Shown piece after piece: positions 1 through 12,799 of a DNA stretch of 64,000 nt (within the stretch, counting starts at the first letter, position 1; every line of letters starts with the position of its first letter). The stretch is from Glaucostegus cemiculus (lineage: Eukaryota). Both the position numbers and the translations under genes were made by a program. The notes under the pieces are model-generated. The model was given only the letters and a program-made list of their open reading frames with translations. It made no database searches and was not told where the DNA came from. Location of the stretch: assembly GCA_976551045.1 (NCBI GenBank), contig CDPCPM010000037.1, positions 14,012,001-14,076,000 of the forward strand. The letters are read 5' to 3'.

Positions 1-619
1 GGCAACCACCAACCATATCCTTCCCCAACAAGTACTGGCTCATCTTTGGTAATACCACTTCCATAGTCAAAATACACACCTGCCTAGTGGCTGCCAATGA
101 GAAAGATTACAAGTCCACCAGCATTTAGATCATGCATTCCACTAGTAAAACTGCACAGAATCTACGTGAATAAATATGACACCAATCTGTGCAAGAAGAC
201 TATATGACAAGGGGACCAGAAGTCTGGATAACAGAAGCTTTAGGGACTGTTTTAAATAGAGAAAGGTAGAAGTTTAGCAGATTATTAACCAGGTGGCCAA
301 AGAAACAGTCACCAATGATAGTGTCATGTAGATTGGGAAACTGAATGCAGCATTCCAGAATTCTTAAATGGGAGTTATCCTCAGAGTAATACATCTGACC
401 AATCAGTTTATTTCATTTATCGATTGGTCAGTATCTTGGAATTCCCTTCAGGGGAATGCCACTAAACCCAAGGCCTGCAACACTACAACATAGGAAGTGG
501 TTCCCCCACTACATCAATGCAACTAAACAGAGAAATAGGAAATAAATATGACCATGCTGCTATAACCATGCTTCAATCGTCAATAGAAGTAAATTGCATA
601 TTGGAAAAGTAGCAGCAGG

Positions 620-915
620 GTGCATAGTTGTCCAGTGATCTTGGGTGCTGCTTGTGTGGAGTTTGTACATTTTCCCTGTAACTATTTGGGTCTCCTCCAT
701 GTGCTCCATTTTCCTCCTACATCATAAAGATGTGGTGAAAGGTTAATTGGCTGCAGTAAATTACTCCTGGTAATGGGTAAGTGCCAACATAAATCAAAGT
801 GGAGTTGATGAGCTTGGAGAAAGAATATGTTGCAGGGTTACAAGGAAGTAAGGACTGACAAGATTGCTCTGCTGGGACCTGGCATGGACCCAGTGGGCTG
901 AATGGCCATCCGATG
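620..915 (+). mobile_element. Decayed V-SINE (HE1-like) with CR1-type 3' tail
   Basis: V-domain-like core TGTGTGGAGTTTGTACATTTTCCCTG...CTCCATTTTCCTCC at ~652-720. 3' end GGCATGGACCCAGTGGGCTGAATGGCC resembles the CR1 tails elsewhere in the window. Confidence 0.7.
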
Positions 916-2239
916 TAATGAGTTAGCAGAGCATTAGAATTAGATCCTCTTGCATTAATTGCTAAGCAGAGAATCTGATCCATAAGACTCAAGTTCTACA
1001 TCCAACACATTTTCTGCTATTATAGATTTCCACTTGGAGCACAGAAACAGCTCTCAGGGCTTTCACTAACCTTTACCTGAGGATGGGTAAAATAAATTGG
1101 CATAAATTCTGTAGGGAAAAGCTGCATTTAGTGATAACACTGATTCTAGGCAGACTGGATGATTGCTCCAGCAAGCCAGTAACCAACCCTTATTTTCCTT
1201 CAAAGTCCCAGCAGAGGTGCTGAGGCAAGGTCAATAAATTCATATTAATTGAAATAATGGATTCAGCTGACAGCTCAGTCGAGCTGTACACTTATGTTTA
1301 TAAAAAAACATATTGGAGTCCAGTCTGGTGAATGCACCATAGTAAGTGACTGAGATTGATTTTATGCACATAACTTTATATAACTATCCTCAATTTCCTA
1401 CACTTTCCTGTGGATATTATAGCATCTTCTTTTATCAAAAGCAGTGTAGTGTCAGTCATTTTTTGTTCCCTCCTTTAAGTAGATTGAGTACATTGACTGC
1501 CATTCAATTGAATGTTTGCCAGCAGAGCAGACCACCCAGCACACAACTCATTGGATGACACAATGCTGTCAATAGACACTCTAGGTTAAATACATTAAAA
1601 TCACTTGAAAATCACTGGAGAAGGATTCAGTAGTTGGTATGTGGTAACTGACATTAACTCTAAACAATGCACTTTTAGTATTAACTGAAAACAGCACATC
1701 GTTTGGAGGGGGCGATGCAGAGCTTAGATCTTTAAACACAATTAAAGATAAAGGAGATAAAATTGATTTAACTTGTATTTTTCATCATGAAAAGCAAGGA
1801 GCAATTTTCATCATTTGTGCCTCATTTTCTTGCTGCAGTTGAGCTGCCTGCACTGTTCGTGCATTAGCTCTTCATGATGAGACACACAAAAAAAAATCGA
1901 CCCTGCAATTTAAAGGTACCTACACCTTAAAGGGAGAAGCATCAGCCAATTCAAACAGTAAATCCCAAATGGAAGCAGTCAACATGACACTTGGTGTTAC
2001 AAGGTTTACAGAATGGCTGAAACTGTATTGAAGGTCTCAGTCTAGAAGTATGATCAATGTTCTCCCAACTGGGATCTAAAGATTCATCAAAGTGTAGCCT
2101 GACAACCACTGTAATCAGTCACAGAGTAGGACAATGTTAGGGGCTTTATTGTCAGGTTCTGGATGCAGTGCAGAAATGTAATCGTAGTCTCTGACTTTCT
2201 GCTGAGTTCCAACCCCTCAAGCCTTCCTTCCATCATTAA

Positions 2240-2330
2240 GACCTTAAGACACAGAGCAGAATTAGGACATTTGGCTCATCAAGTCTTCTCTACTATTTGA
2301 TCATGCTGATTTATTTTTCCCTCTCAACTT
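2240..2330 (-). mobile_element. CR1 LINE 3' tail fragment
   Basis: GAGCAGAATTAGGACATTTGGCTCATCAAG matches the minus-strand CR1 3' ends at 16540 and 17290. Confidence 0.55.
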
Positions 2331-4319
2331 CCACTTACAGTGCACAGTTCATGTAGCTTCCTTTTCTGCTACTCTTTTCACCACTGTTTTCCTCACTTCT
2401 CCACACCCCTGCCATCTTTCATTGTGCTTTGACATAAATAATCTGATCCCCAGTTATCACACAAAGACCTTTCCACCTCACTCCACTTCAGACTTACTAA
2501 CGGGGCCCAGAAAGAGCAGACCAGGAAGGGGGAGCACACAAAGATGAAATATCACTTAAGTTTGCCTAAAAGGCACCTGTTCAACATCTGACACCCTGTG
2601 CAATTCAGGGGGAAGTAAGAGATGTCTGTACTGGCAGACTAACAGGAACAAAGACAGTGGGAGCTCAAACAAAAACAATAATCTGCAAGCCGTTTGCTGG
2701 AAGGAGTGCTCACATCATCAGCTGGCCACAGAGCACAGATGAAGACTTCAATGGCTCTGCTTAGAGGTTCCTGCTGTATCCCCAATGTTTTTTATAAACA
2801 CACTGTAGTGCCTGCGAACAACCAATACATCATAACAGAACACATGAAGTCCATCTCCAAATTGTACATCATTGAATTCTGATGTTGGATTTACATAAAT
2901 ATACAGCCTTACTAAGTTTTCAGATAACTCCATTATTTCAGTTAAGCTGATTCTATTGACCTTGCCTTGACACCGAGGACTCTATAAAGAAACATGAGGG
3001 TTGGTTGGTGGCTTGCTGGATCAACCCTCTGGCTCCAGAATTGGAACAGGCAGCTGCTCTTACATAAGGAACCACAAGAGGTCAGGCTACCACCTGCTGC
3101 CATCTGTCAAGAGAGTTGTCTGCTAGGAAGCTGACACTTGGCAAATGGGAAAGTGATGATCCTGAAATAACCAGTGGTATTACTAAATGCCAGTATTAAA
3201 TAGCAGATGGTGGCAGCTAGAAAGTCATTGACATCTAATGATATATGACCAAACCTAGCTCAGGTTCTGAATTTACTAATTTGCATTTACCTATATGACT
3301 TAGTGCCATTTTATTCAGCATCAATAGGGACCTTTTAAATGTCAAATCATTAAACGGAAAAACAACACAGTATTTTTAACGCACAGCTGCTTTCCATGTT
3401 CACTACCACATTGAAATTTTCTACATTCCAGCTCAGACAATAGATTGAACAATCTTTGTATTCTCTTTTCCTGCTGCTGGTCCACTACTTTTTGAATGTG
3501 CATTTGAGTAGTAATTGACACAGTTAACTGTCTTAAGATCTCAACAATATCTGTGCAGTTTATCCAAAGCAATACAAAGTTTTAGTTTTAACTATTTAAT
3601 AGTTTAAAAAATTCTAAGACCAGATGCCTGTTTTTTATTGCTAGTACATGATGAACAAAATCTAAATATAATTTATATTGTTAATATTCCAAGCAGCTAC
3701 TAATCTCATTTTACAAATCCAGTAACAATGTTCAAAGAAATAATCTTATCATCAAGATCCCATTAGTAATCAAACTGTTGGAGTCTTGGAACACTGAGAT
3801 CCTTGTATTTGTTTTTAACTTTTTCTTGCATATTTAATTAAATATTTAAGTTGGGCGTAGAGAATTGAAAGTAGTACTGATCTCAGACAGAAAGAGAAAT
3901 AAAAAATATTCTGGTTACTATGCTGCTTCTCATGTAACTTGGCTCTTCCAATCCATTAGTTTTAGCAAGTTTTTCAAGCTGTTACAAAACTCTATCCCCT
4001 GTGGCCATGGCTGATGGGAAGGCAAATGCTTTTGATTCATTATAGTTGAAATCAAATGCTTCAGTGCATTTATTTCCATACATTGCAATATGAAATATAA
4101 ATATTTTTTGCAAGATTATATATTTTAGGATTCAGCAAACATTCCTTTAATATACAGTAATTGGTGATCAACCTCTTTGGCTCTTCTCAAACTAAGTCAA
4201 ACTTCATGGGAAATGAGATAGCAGGCAAAACATGTTATTATTACATAACAGCAAAGAAAAATGGCTGGATAGTGGTCAGAAAATAAAGTTTGTGTTAGTT
4301 TGAAGCCTGACTGGCTTTT

Positions 4320-5380
4320 GGACTATTTATTTATTTATTGGAATCTAGGCATCAGTGCCAGGGCTAACATTTACTGCCCACCCCAAGATGTCCTTCTGAA
4401 GGTAAAAATGAGCAGCCTCCGTGAATCACAGCAATTCTTCTGGTAATTGGCTTATGTGAAGCTATTTCTACAGTGTTTTGGGCAGGGAGTTTTAAGATGT
4501 AGACCCAAATGAGAGGAATGTGCAGGTGATGGCTGTTCCTAAACACTACTGTTCTTGTCCTTCTTCGTGGCAGAGACCAAAGGTTTGGGTGGTACTGTTG
4601 GAGTTTACCTAGGCAAGGCAACGTTTTGTATACATTTCACATTGTAGCCATGGGGCACCAATGGTGTAAGGAGTAAATGCATAGAGTGATTGATGGAATG
4701 CCAGTTAAGGGGCTGCTTTGTCCAAGATATTTTCAAACTTCTTGAGAATTGTTGGAACTCCACTCTTCAGGCAAGTGGAAAGTATTCCAAACACACTCCT
4801 AACTAGTATCCTGTAAATGGAAAGACTTTGTGATATCAAGAAATGAATCACTTGCATGTGGATACCTAGCCTTTGAAATGTTCTTGCAGAACAGCATTTA
4901 TGTGGCTGTTCCAGTTGAGTCAATAGTGACCTCCAGGATGATGATAGTGGAAGACTTGGTGATGGCAATGCCATTGAGTGTCAAGGGTAGATGGCTAGAT
5001 TTTTTCTTGTTGGAGATAGTCATAGTTTGACTCTTACTTATCTCTTATCATCCATATCCGAATATTGTCTGGGTCCCTTTTCATGCAGACATGGATTTCT
5101 AAACCTGCTGAGGACTTGAAGGTTGTGCAAATTTCCATAAACATCCCTACTTCTGACCTTATGATAGAAGGAAGGTCATTGATTAAATAGTTGAAAAGAG
5201 TTGGGCCTAGGGCATTGCCTCAAGGAGCTCCTTCAATGAAGTCTTGCGCTGGATGTTTGACCTCCAACAACCACAATCAGCTTCCTTTGTTTACAACATG
5301 ACCAGAACCATTGGGAATATTTCCTGCTGATGCCCATTGACTTCAGTTTTTATGCCACATTCAGTCAAAAGCTCAGATGT
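4320..5380 (-). mobile_element. Decayed CR1/L2-group LINE (family with GGGCAATAAATGCTGG-type tail), RT to 3' end
   Basis: Minus strand reads KLKSMGI...ALGPTLFNYLINDLPSIIRSEVGMF (non-LTR RT motifs) with stops and frameshifts. The 3' tail lies near 4330-4390. Confidence 0.75.
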
Positions 5381-6282
5381 TTAGCTTATGTGGGTTTCCT
5401 GCACAAAAGATATTGCAGAATGATTCATTATCAAGGAACATGGACAAGCAGCCACATCACTTGTATCACTTAAATACACTGCAATTGATGGATGATAATT
5501 ATTAATAGCTCTGAAGGAACAGTAGACAATTCTATATTCCCCACTGACAAAGACATCTAATCAGTAAATGAACTGAACACCTTGTTCCTGATATTAGGTG
5601 AATAGGTTTACAGTAATTAAAGTAACCTTAAAATATCTTTAGATCCACTTCAGTAAATTGGCTTTCCTTCAAAATGGAACAATTTTCTATGCTTAGTGTA
5701 GATTATTACATAATTAAGTCAATTTAATAGCAATTTAATCACAGGAAGGGGTAGGGAAACTAACAAAAAATACATGGCGAGTGAGATAATTCAGCTAATT
5801 ATCTTCAATGCCTTAACATTTCTGGTATAGATGTGTCTGTATCCAATGCTCTGTTGGTATGAAGCTGTAATTCAAAGTTATTTGTGCCAGTAGCTAGTCA
5901 CCTACTGCAAATTCTGGTCATAAATAAGAAGCACAAATTCCAATGTACCAAACTGCACCAATGATACTTACATGCAGAAATAAATGGGAGACAGGAGAGA
6001 GCAGAGGTACAAGGAAGGTGTGACCAAGGCAGAGACATGAAGATCTGATGGTATTTAACACAAGGATCTCATTAGAATTGAAAAACAAGAAACTGAAGTT
6101 GCTTGAAATCTAAAATAAAAAAGGCAAAATGCTAGAAACATTTGGCAGGCCAGGCAGCTTCTGTGGAAATTAGAGTTCTTTTGATTCCTCCCAGAAAGCT
6201 GGACAGGTGGAGTGCCCCTTCTACCCCTCCTGGTGCTTAATGAGTGGAAGCAATTCTCTTCTGCAGGCAGAAATTCACATGG

Positions 6283-7020
6283 TCATAGAGTTATCCTGCA
6301 CAGAAACTGCCCTTCAGACCAACTCATTGTTACACCCATCTATGATAATCCCATTTGACTGTAGTAGACCTGTATCCCTCTAGTCCTTTCCTAGCCAAGT
6401 ACATATCCATATACCTTTTAAATTCTGTAACTATATCTGCATCTATTACTTCCTTTGGAAGCTTGTTCCAACTAACCACCACTCTCTGTGCGAAAAACTT
6501 GCCCGTCAGACCTCCTTTAAATATCTCCCCTCTTACCTTAAGACTATGTCCACTAGTTTTACACTCCCTTTCCTCAGAAAAAGACTCTGTCTATGCCCCT
6601 CATAATTTTATAATCTTATATAAGTCACCCGTCAGCCTCCTATGCTTCATTGAGAATAAAACTAGCCTATCCAATTTCTCTGTAAAAGTAAACCCCTTCT
6701 TTCCAGTCAACATCCTGGTGAATTTCTTTTTCACTCTTTCTACCACATCTGTCCTGAAGTGTGGTGACTGGAACCATACACAATACTCCATAGCCTGACC
6801 AACCTTTTGTACAGCTACAATGGGACATCCCAACTCTTATACTGAATGTCTCAACCTATGTAGGCAAACATGTCAAACGCCATCTTCACTACCGTATGCA
6901 CCTGCATCTCAATGTTCAGGGAGCTATGATCTTGCACCCTATTCTCTCTGCACATCAATACTCCTGAAGACCCTGCCATTTACTGTACATGTCCTGTTGT
7001 GTTTGACTTCCCAATATGCA
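6283..7020 (-). mobile_element. CR1 LINE 3' fragment
   Basis: ORF 6600-6833 contains MEYCVWFQSPHFRTDVVERVKKKFTRML...RRLTGDLYKII, a degenerate CR1 ORF2 C-terminus. The tail is at ~6283. Confidence 0.85.
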
Positions 7021-7168
7021 TTAGCTAGCATCTGTTACAATTTAATCCAGCTCCTAATTGCATTTTGGGAGCCTAATTTAAAAATGTCAATATGACGTCT
7101 CATCTTCCAAGTGAAAATGATACCTGGGAGTTTTTAACCCTCACCCACCTTCTTCAGCTTCTGGTGAT

Positions 7169-7608
7169 GAAGATCACAGGGGTGCGCCTACCCACATTGG
7201 TGGACATTTATGAGTCCCGGTGTCTGAACAAGGCTACAAACATCATTAAGGACTCTACCCACCCGGCCCATCACCTCTTCAGTCTGCTCCCCTCAAAGAA
7301 ACGCTTCAGGACATTCCACATATCCACATATCCACAGCCAGATTGAGGAATAGCTTCTTCCTCAACGCCGTGAAAATCTTAAACAAGGACACTAAATTTC
7401 ACAGATTGCACTAGTTCTTTCTCGCTTCTTCTCTCTCTCCCTCTAATACATCAAGTAACCCCTACAGTGTAAACTCTAACTTAATTTATTCTCTATTTAT
7501 TTAATATTTAAGTACTATGCCTATTGTCTGACATGGGAGTGCCAATGAAATCTCGTTGTTCTGTTGTCTCAACGGCTCAATGACAATAAAGCAATCTTGA
7601 ATCTTGAA
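7169..7608 (+). mobile_element. Young 5'-truncated Rex1/Babar-like LINE
   Basis: Encodes IIKDSTHPAHHLFSLLPSKKRFR (Rex-type ORF C-terminus), then a 3'UTR, AATAAA and an (ATCTTGA)2 tail. A near-identical copy lies at 17719-18170. Confidence 0.85.
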
Positions 7609-8329
7609 TGATGGTGGGGGTGGGATGTGTTATGGTTGAGGCTTATGCTTCAGTTATCAGATTCTGTGCTAGATATCTTCTCATGGGGGCTTGTATCCAC
7701 AAATCCAAGTGCAACATTTCCTGGTGGCTGTGTGGTCAAACTATGACATGATCATAACTCTTCCTTCAAAGTAAAATTCTACAAATGCTGGAAATCTGTA
7801 ATAAAAACACTGATCCATCACAGCAGATCAGTCAGCATTCTTTTTTTAGAACAGATTTTCTTCTCCCACTGCACAGCCATTCTAATGTAACAAGCGTTCC
7901 CATATGAATACGTCCCCATAGAATCAATCTTCAACCCATTGCCTACTATATTTACAGAAATACATGAGGAATATTCTGTTTGATTCAATAATAACATGTT
8001 TTCTTCCGCATTATCCAGTTTTTGAAAGTAAGCCACAATTTGCTTTTTCAGTAATGATCGGTATTACAGAGAAATACCTTGTTACTACCTCCTTCAAATC
8101 TGATTTGCGTCACACTTAAAGTTGCAGTCAAACATTGCTACTGACTCCAAAATTATATACAAATTTCTGAGTGAGAGATATTCTCCCACTCCAGAGAACA
8201 CTACCTAAAGAAGATATTGAATTCATCTTCTTCTTACAAAGCTACTAACTACAAAACTCAGAATGGGTTAGATGTTATAACCTTAAGGAAGAGGTAACAT
8301 AACAATATGATGCAACCCTATCTTGATGT

Positions 8330-8760
8330 GGGACAATGTTGATACAGAATGGATAAACAATTGCCAATGCATCAATGACATTAACAGAGAAAGAGATGAA
8401 ATATGCAAAAACTGAGAAGGAGCCCTTGACAGTTAGGTTTCCCTGTGACAAGTTTGGACCATCCTACTACGGAAGGAAGATGGTGACTATTGAAGCAGAT
8501 TGCCATCTGTTGGAAAAATTGTTTTTGAACTACAAAATAATCAACGAATACTGCTGAGATTACAGAAGTTTGTTTTCCCCAAAATAGTGTACACAATAAG
8601 GGAAAATATTGGCACATAGACTGAGCAGAGCATAGCTGCCAGAGGTTAGTACCTGAGATTTTACATCTGAGCTGGAAGAAATTGATCACTTGAAACACTT
8701 CTAGTTGGCACTGAAGAGTGGGAACAGCTTATTCATGTCACTGCAGGTGATCCAGTTCAG
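8330..8760 (+). mobile_element. Ty3/Gypsy pol relic (RNase H region)
   Basis: TLTEKEMKYAKTEKEPLTVRFPCDKFGPSYYGRKMVTIEADCHLLEKLF aligns by eye to the Gypsy RNase H pattern SLTxTExRYAQIEKELLAIVFACEKFHQYIYGRxVTVETDHKPL. Confidence 0.8.
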
Positions 8761-8789
8761 AAGCAAGTGTGAGTTTGATTAAGAGAGGA

Positions 8790-9860
8790 GAAAGACAGCA
8801 TGAGAGTAAATTTGGAATGAATATAAGTGGACTGTAAAGTCTTGCACAGGTATGTAAAAAGAAAAAGATTAGTGAAGACAAATGTAGATTCCTTACAGTC
8901 AGAAACAAGGGAATTTATAATGAGGAACAAAGAAATGATAGAGAAATTAAATACTTTGGTTCTGTCTTCATAGCAATGCTACCAAATTCAAAGTCTAATA
9001 ACAAAGGAGAATTAAAGGAAATTCATATAAGCAAAAACAAAATGTTGGAGATGCCAATGGGATTGAAAGTTGATAAATCCCCAAAGTCTAGTAATCTGCA
9101 TCCCAAATTACTAAAAGAGGTTATCCACAGAAATAATGGACACATTGGTTATCAGTTTCTAAAGTTCTATCAATTATGGAACAGTTCCTGCAGATTGAAG
9201 AGTGACAAATGTAACCCCACTATTTAAAAATGTGAGAGAGGGGAAAAAAACAGGGAAAAACAAACTACTAAATCTATATCAGTAGACGAGAAAATGTTGG
9301 AGTGTTGTGATAACAAAACATTTAGAAAATATCATTGGGATTATGCAAAATCAACATGGACTCATGGAAGGGAAATAGTATTTGACAAACATACTCAAGT
9401 GTTTTATGGATGTAATTGGTAGGATAGGTATGAGAATCAATGAAATTTCAGATAAAGTCCCACATAAGAGATTAGTGTGCTAAATTAAAGCATATGTTAA
9501 TGAGAGTAATATACTGGCATAGATTTAAAATTGATTGACTAACAAAAAAGAGAGTAGAAATAAATGAGATTTTCTCAGAAGGGTGGTTGGTGACTAGTGG
9601 GGAACTGTAGAGATAAGTGCTTGGGCCAATGCCATGCAAAAAATAGTGTAATGATTTGGATGAGTAAACATTTCTGAGTTTGGCAGCAGTATTAAACTGT
9701 GGAATTGTAAGTTAAGAAAACAAAGAGGCTTCATGGGAATATAGACAATTTGAGTTAGTGGGCAAATGCATGGCATGTACAGTATAATGTGGATCAATGT
9801 GATGTTATCCACTTCAGTAGAAAAAAGAGGTGATTATTTAATTGGTGATAGTTTGGGTAA
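8790..9860 (+). mobile_element. Decayed CR1 LINE ORF2 fragment inserted in the Gypsy relic
   Basis: MGLKVDKSPKSSNLHPKLLKEV and GATAAAGTCCCACAT (DKVPH) motifs, with many stops. Confidence 0.8.
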
Positions 9861-9871
9861 TATTAAGCCCA

Positions 9872-10090
9872 ATGTCAGTTATCCATTCAGAACATATTGA
9901 CATGAAAACTTGTTTTCACAGAGTACAACATTGTCTCTACTGGCCAAGGACAACTTCTGAGCTGAAACTAGACACTTCACAGCGTGCTATTTGTTTGACA
10001 CATTGAAGTTTGCCAAGAAAGGAACCTTTACTTCAACACAATATTGTGTCTGGACTGTGGACAAAGGTTGGTGCTGATCTTTGTGAATAA
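9872..10090 (+). mobile_element. Ty3/Gypsy integrase N-terminal (HHCC-region) relic
   Basis: My translation from 9872 is MSVIHSEHIDMKTCFHRVQHCLYWPRTTSELKLDTSQRAICLTH*SLPRKEPLLQHNIVSGLWTKVGADLCE*. It matches the pattern H-x-x-H...LYWP...C...KEPL...W-x-KVGADL. Confidence 0.8.
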
Positions 10091-10169
10091 CAAGGTTGTG
10101 ATGTGCGATTCTCACTGGAGTTTTATTAAAAGGGCTAGACTTACTCAAGCCACTAGTAGTGTTTGAAAG

Positions 10170-10830
10170 GACATGAAATATCCTTGAAAAGTAAGATTAA
10201 GGACAATCCAAGGTAATTTTGTAAGTATAAGAGTAGCAAAAAAAGGAACTAGGGAAAGAGTGGATCCCCTCAGGGACCAAAGGGGTAATGTAGGTGTGGA
10301 GCCAGGGGCTGTGGGCAAGGGCCAACTGAATACTTCTCACCTGTGTTCACCTAGGAGAAAGACGTGGAGGATAGTGAATTGAGGGAGGGATACATTAATT
10401 ATCTGGACCAAATGGGTATTAGGAAGGTTGAAGTGTTAGATGTCTTGGAACCACAAGGGTGGATAAATCCTCAGGGCCATAAGAGATCTATCCCACAGTG
10501 GTATGGAAGACAACAGAGGAGATCACTAGGGCCTTGACTGAGATTTTTGCATTTTCATTAGTCACAGATAAGGTACCAGAAGACTGGAGGATGGCTAATG
10601 TTGTTCCTTCACTTAAGAAGGGCAACAGGGATAAGACAAGTTGGTGAACCTTACAACTGTGGTAGGGAAGTCATTGGGGAAAATTCTAACGGATGGGATT
10701 TATGTTCATTTGATAAGGAAGAGACTGATTAGGGATAGTCAGCATGGCTTTGTGGGAAGGTAATTCCTGTTTCATTAAGTAAATTGAGTTTTTTTTTTGA
10801 GGAGGTAACAAAGGAGAATGATCCATAAAG
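10170..10830 (+). mobile_element. CR1 LINE ORF2 fragment
   Basis: GTACCAGAAGACTGGAGGATGGCTAATGTTGTTCC (VPEDWRMANVVP) and ATTAGGGATAGTCAGCATGGCTTTGTG (IRDSQHGFV). Confidence 0.85.
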
Positions 10831-11300
10831 CAGTCTCCAATCTGTGTTTGACTTCTCCAATCTAGAAGAGATCACTTCATGAGCACTAAACGCAGTAGGC
10901 TGGATTGGAAGGATTGTTTGGGTTTTTGGTTGGTGGGAAGAGATAAAGGGTGTTGCATCTCCTGTGGTTGCATGGGAAGTGCCAGGAGAAGAGCAGTGGT
11001 TGTTGGAGATGCAGTATGGTTGTTGGACATGGAAGAGTAGAGCAAACATTCAGAATGCTGAAATGGGAGAAGAAAGGAAGATGTGGCCGGTGGTTGAAGA
11101 TGACAGAAAATGAAAAAGACAGTACTTTGAATGTGGAGGCTGGTGGGTTGGAAATTGCAAAATAATGGAAAACGTATCTGTGTTCTGGCCAGCAGGAGAG
11201 GGAATGAGAGTGGAGATGTGAGAAATAGATGGGCGACATTTAAAATTGTCAAGCTACGGTTAAGGAAAATGGAAGACATCTCAGAGGCATTTGAGTGAAA
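10830..11300 (-). mobile_element. Penelope-like element relic (GIY-YIG region)
   Basis: Minus strand GCCTACTGCGTTTAGTGCTC...ATTGGAGAAGTCAAACACAGATTGGAGACTGCTTT corresponds to YC..C...IGE.K.RL..F. Homologous to 29345-30050. Confidence 0.65.
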
Positions 11301-11515
11301 AACCCCTTGAACATTAGAACCACTTGGGTAATATTGACCTCGCTGTATAAGAGAATTTCCTTTTCTCCACTCTCTGTAATTTAAAACTAACTCATTTTCT
11401 CCCTTTCCTAGTTTGATGAAAGGGCTTTAACCTAAAGCATTAACTCTGTTTCTCCTTCCACAGGTGTCCCCCGAACAGATGAGCATTTCCAACATTTTCT
11501 GTTTCTATTTAAAAC
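11300..11515 (+). mobile_element. Penelope-type terminal repeat with decayed hammerhead motif
   Basis: TAGTTTGATGAAAGGGCTTTAACCTAAAGCATTAACTCTG followed by GAGCATTTCCAACATTTTCTGTTTC, as in other copies. Confidence 0.6.
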
Positions 11516-11869
11516 AATGATTGCTGGATCTGGAATACCAGAAGTCCCAGATACTGATAATGAAAGGCAATTTACATACACAGAAGGTGCATTGTTTGCT
11601 CAGACGTGGAGCTTTTTGACAAAAGAAATGACATACCTTTATAAAACTGAGAATGCTGCCAAAACTTTTAAGATGCTTTTCACAAAATGCAAAAAGTCTG
11701 GTAAATCTAAATTTTTAGTTTTCTGAATCTAATGCCCAAATAATAGAGGGCATCCCAAACATAATTCATTGGTTATTAAATGTCTTGGTAAGACAGTACA
11801 TTAAGTTGTTGTTTCTTTTCTCTTATCCATTTGTAATGCTTCTTTATCAACTTCTGGAAAGGCAAATGT

Positions 11870-12229
11870 AACTTAATAGTCAACTTGGTTGACACCATGA
11901 CCACCTCTCCCAAACCATTAAAGCATTCAATCTCTCCACCATCAAAGCACCATAGCTATAGTGTGTTTCATCTATAGTATACGATAAGTTTAATCACCCA
12001 GTCTACTTTGACAATACCTCCCAAGCATGTAACCTCTTTCACTAGGAAAGGCCAAGTTAGTATGCATATTGTAACACTACCCCATCCTTCAGGTTCCCTA
12101 CCAAATCATGCTTCACCCTAACTTGGGCAGGATCTTTCATTGTTATTGGATGTAAATTAACAACATATAGTAGTAAAGAAGTATTGCAATGGTTCAATAG
12201 CTCACCATCACAAAAAGGGGATGGGCAAT
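11870..12229 (+). mobile_element. 3' fragment of CR1/L2-group LINE, tail split by a solo LTR
   Basis: Reverse-complement similarity to 4320-4700. The tail GGGATGGGCAAT|AAAAGCTG is interrupted at 12229 and resumes after the duplicated GCAAT, at 12793. Confidence 0.65.
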
Positions 12230-12787
12230 TGTATTGTGGAGGGTTGTGGCTGTCACATTACAGCACTGCCCCTACCTGGTTGGATGACAGCACTGCCCTT
12301 ACCTGGTTAGAAGGTACACTACTGGCAGTCAAGGTTTGGCCCTGCCCCACGCATCAGCGCACACCTGGGCTGGACCCCTCAGCCCTCCAGCACGATAAAG
12401 AGTTCTGCATGCTTGGTTCAGCCTCTTTGTCTCCGAAGAATTCACCCTGCTTCGCTCCAGGCCAAGCACTATGAAACGGCGCTGGAGAAATCATTGGTGA
12501 GGTGTGCATAGTTTAAGGGTTGGGAGCATCTCAGTTAGTATCCCTGGTAGCATAGAGCCGTGCCTGCACTGAGTCAAGTGATGACAGATATCGTATTGTT
12601 TTTCCTTGATTGTTTGTACCCAGTTCATTGTGTGTATGTGTATTTTACACTGTTCCAATTTCCCCACTCTTGCTATCAACTGTGCACGTGTGTGTTTTAT
12701 TCCCATTGTCTTTTGTAAATAAATCGTTAATCTCTAAGACTGTGTTCAGAGTCCTTGCCTCTGAGACCTCGAACCTGTTTCACAACA
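12230..12787 (+). mobile_element. Solo LTR (558 bp)
   Basis: TGT...ACA termini; exact 5-bp TSD GCAAT (12225-12229 and 12788-12792); AATAAA at 12718-12723; 22-bp internal direct repeat at 12260-12281 and 12287-12308. Confidence 0.85.
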
Positions 12788-12799
12788 GCAATAAAAGCT

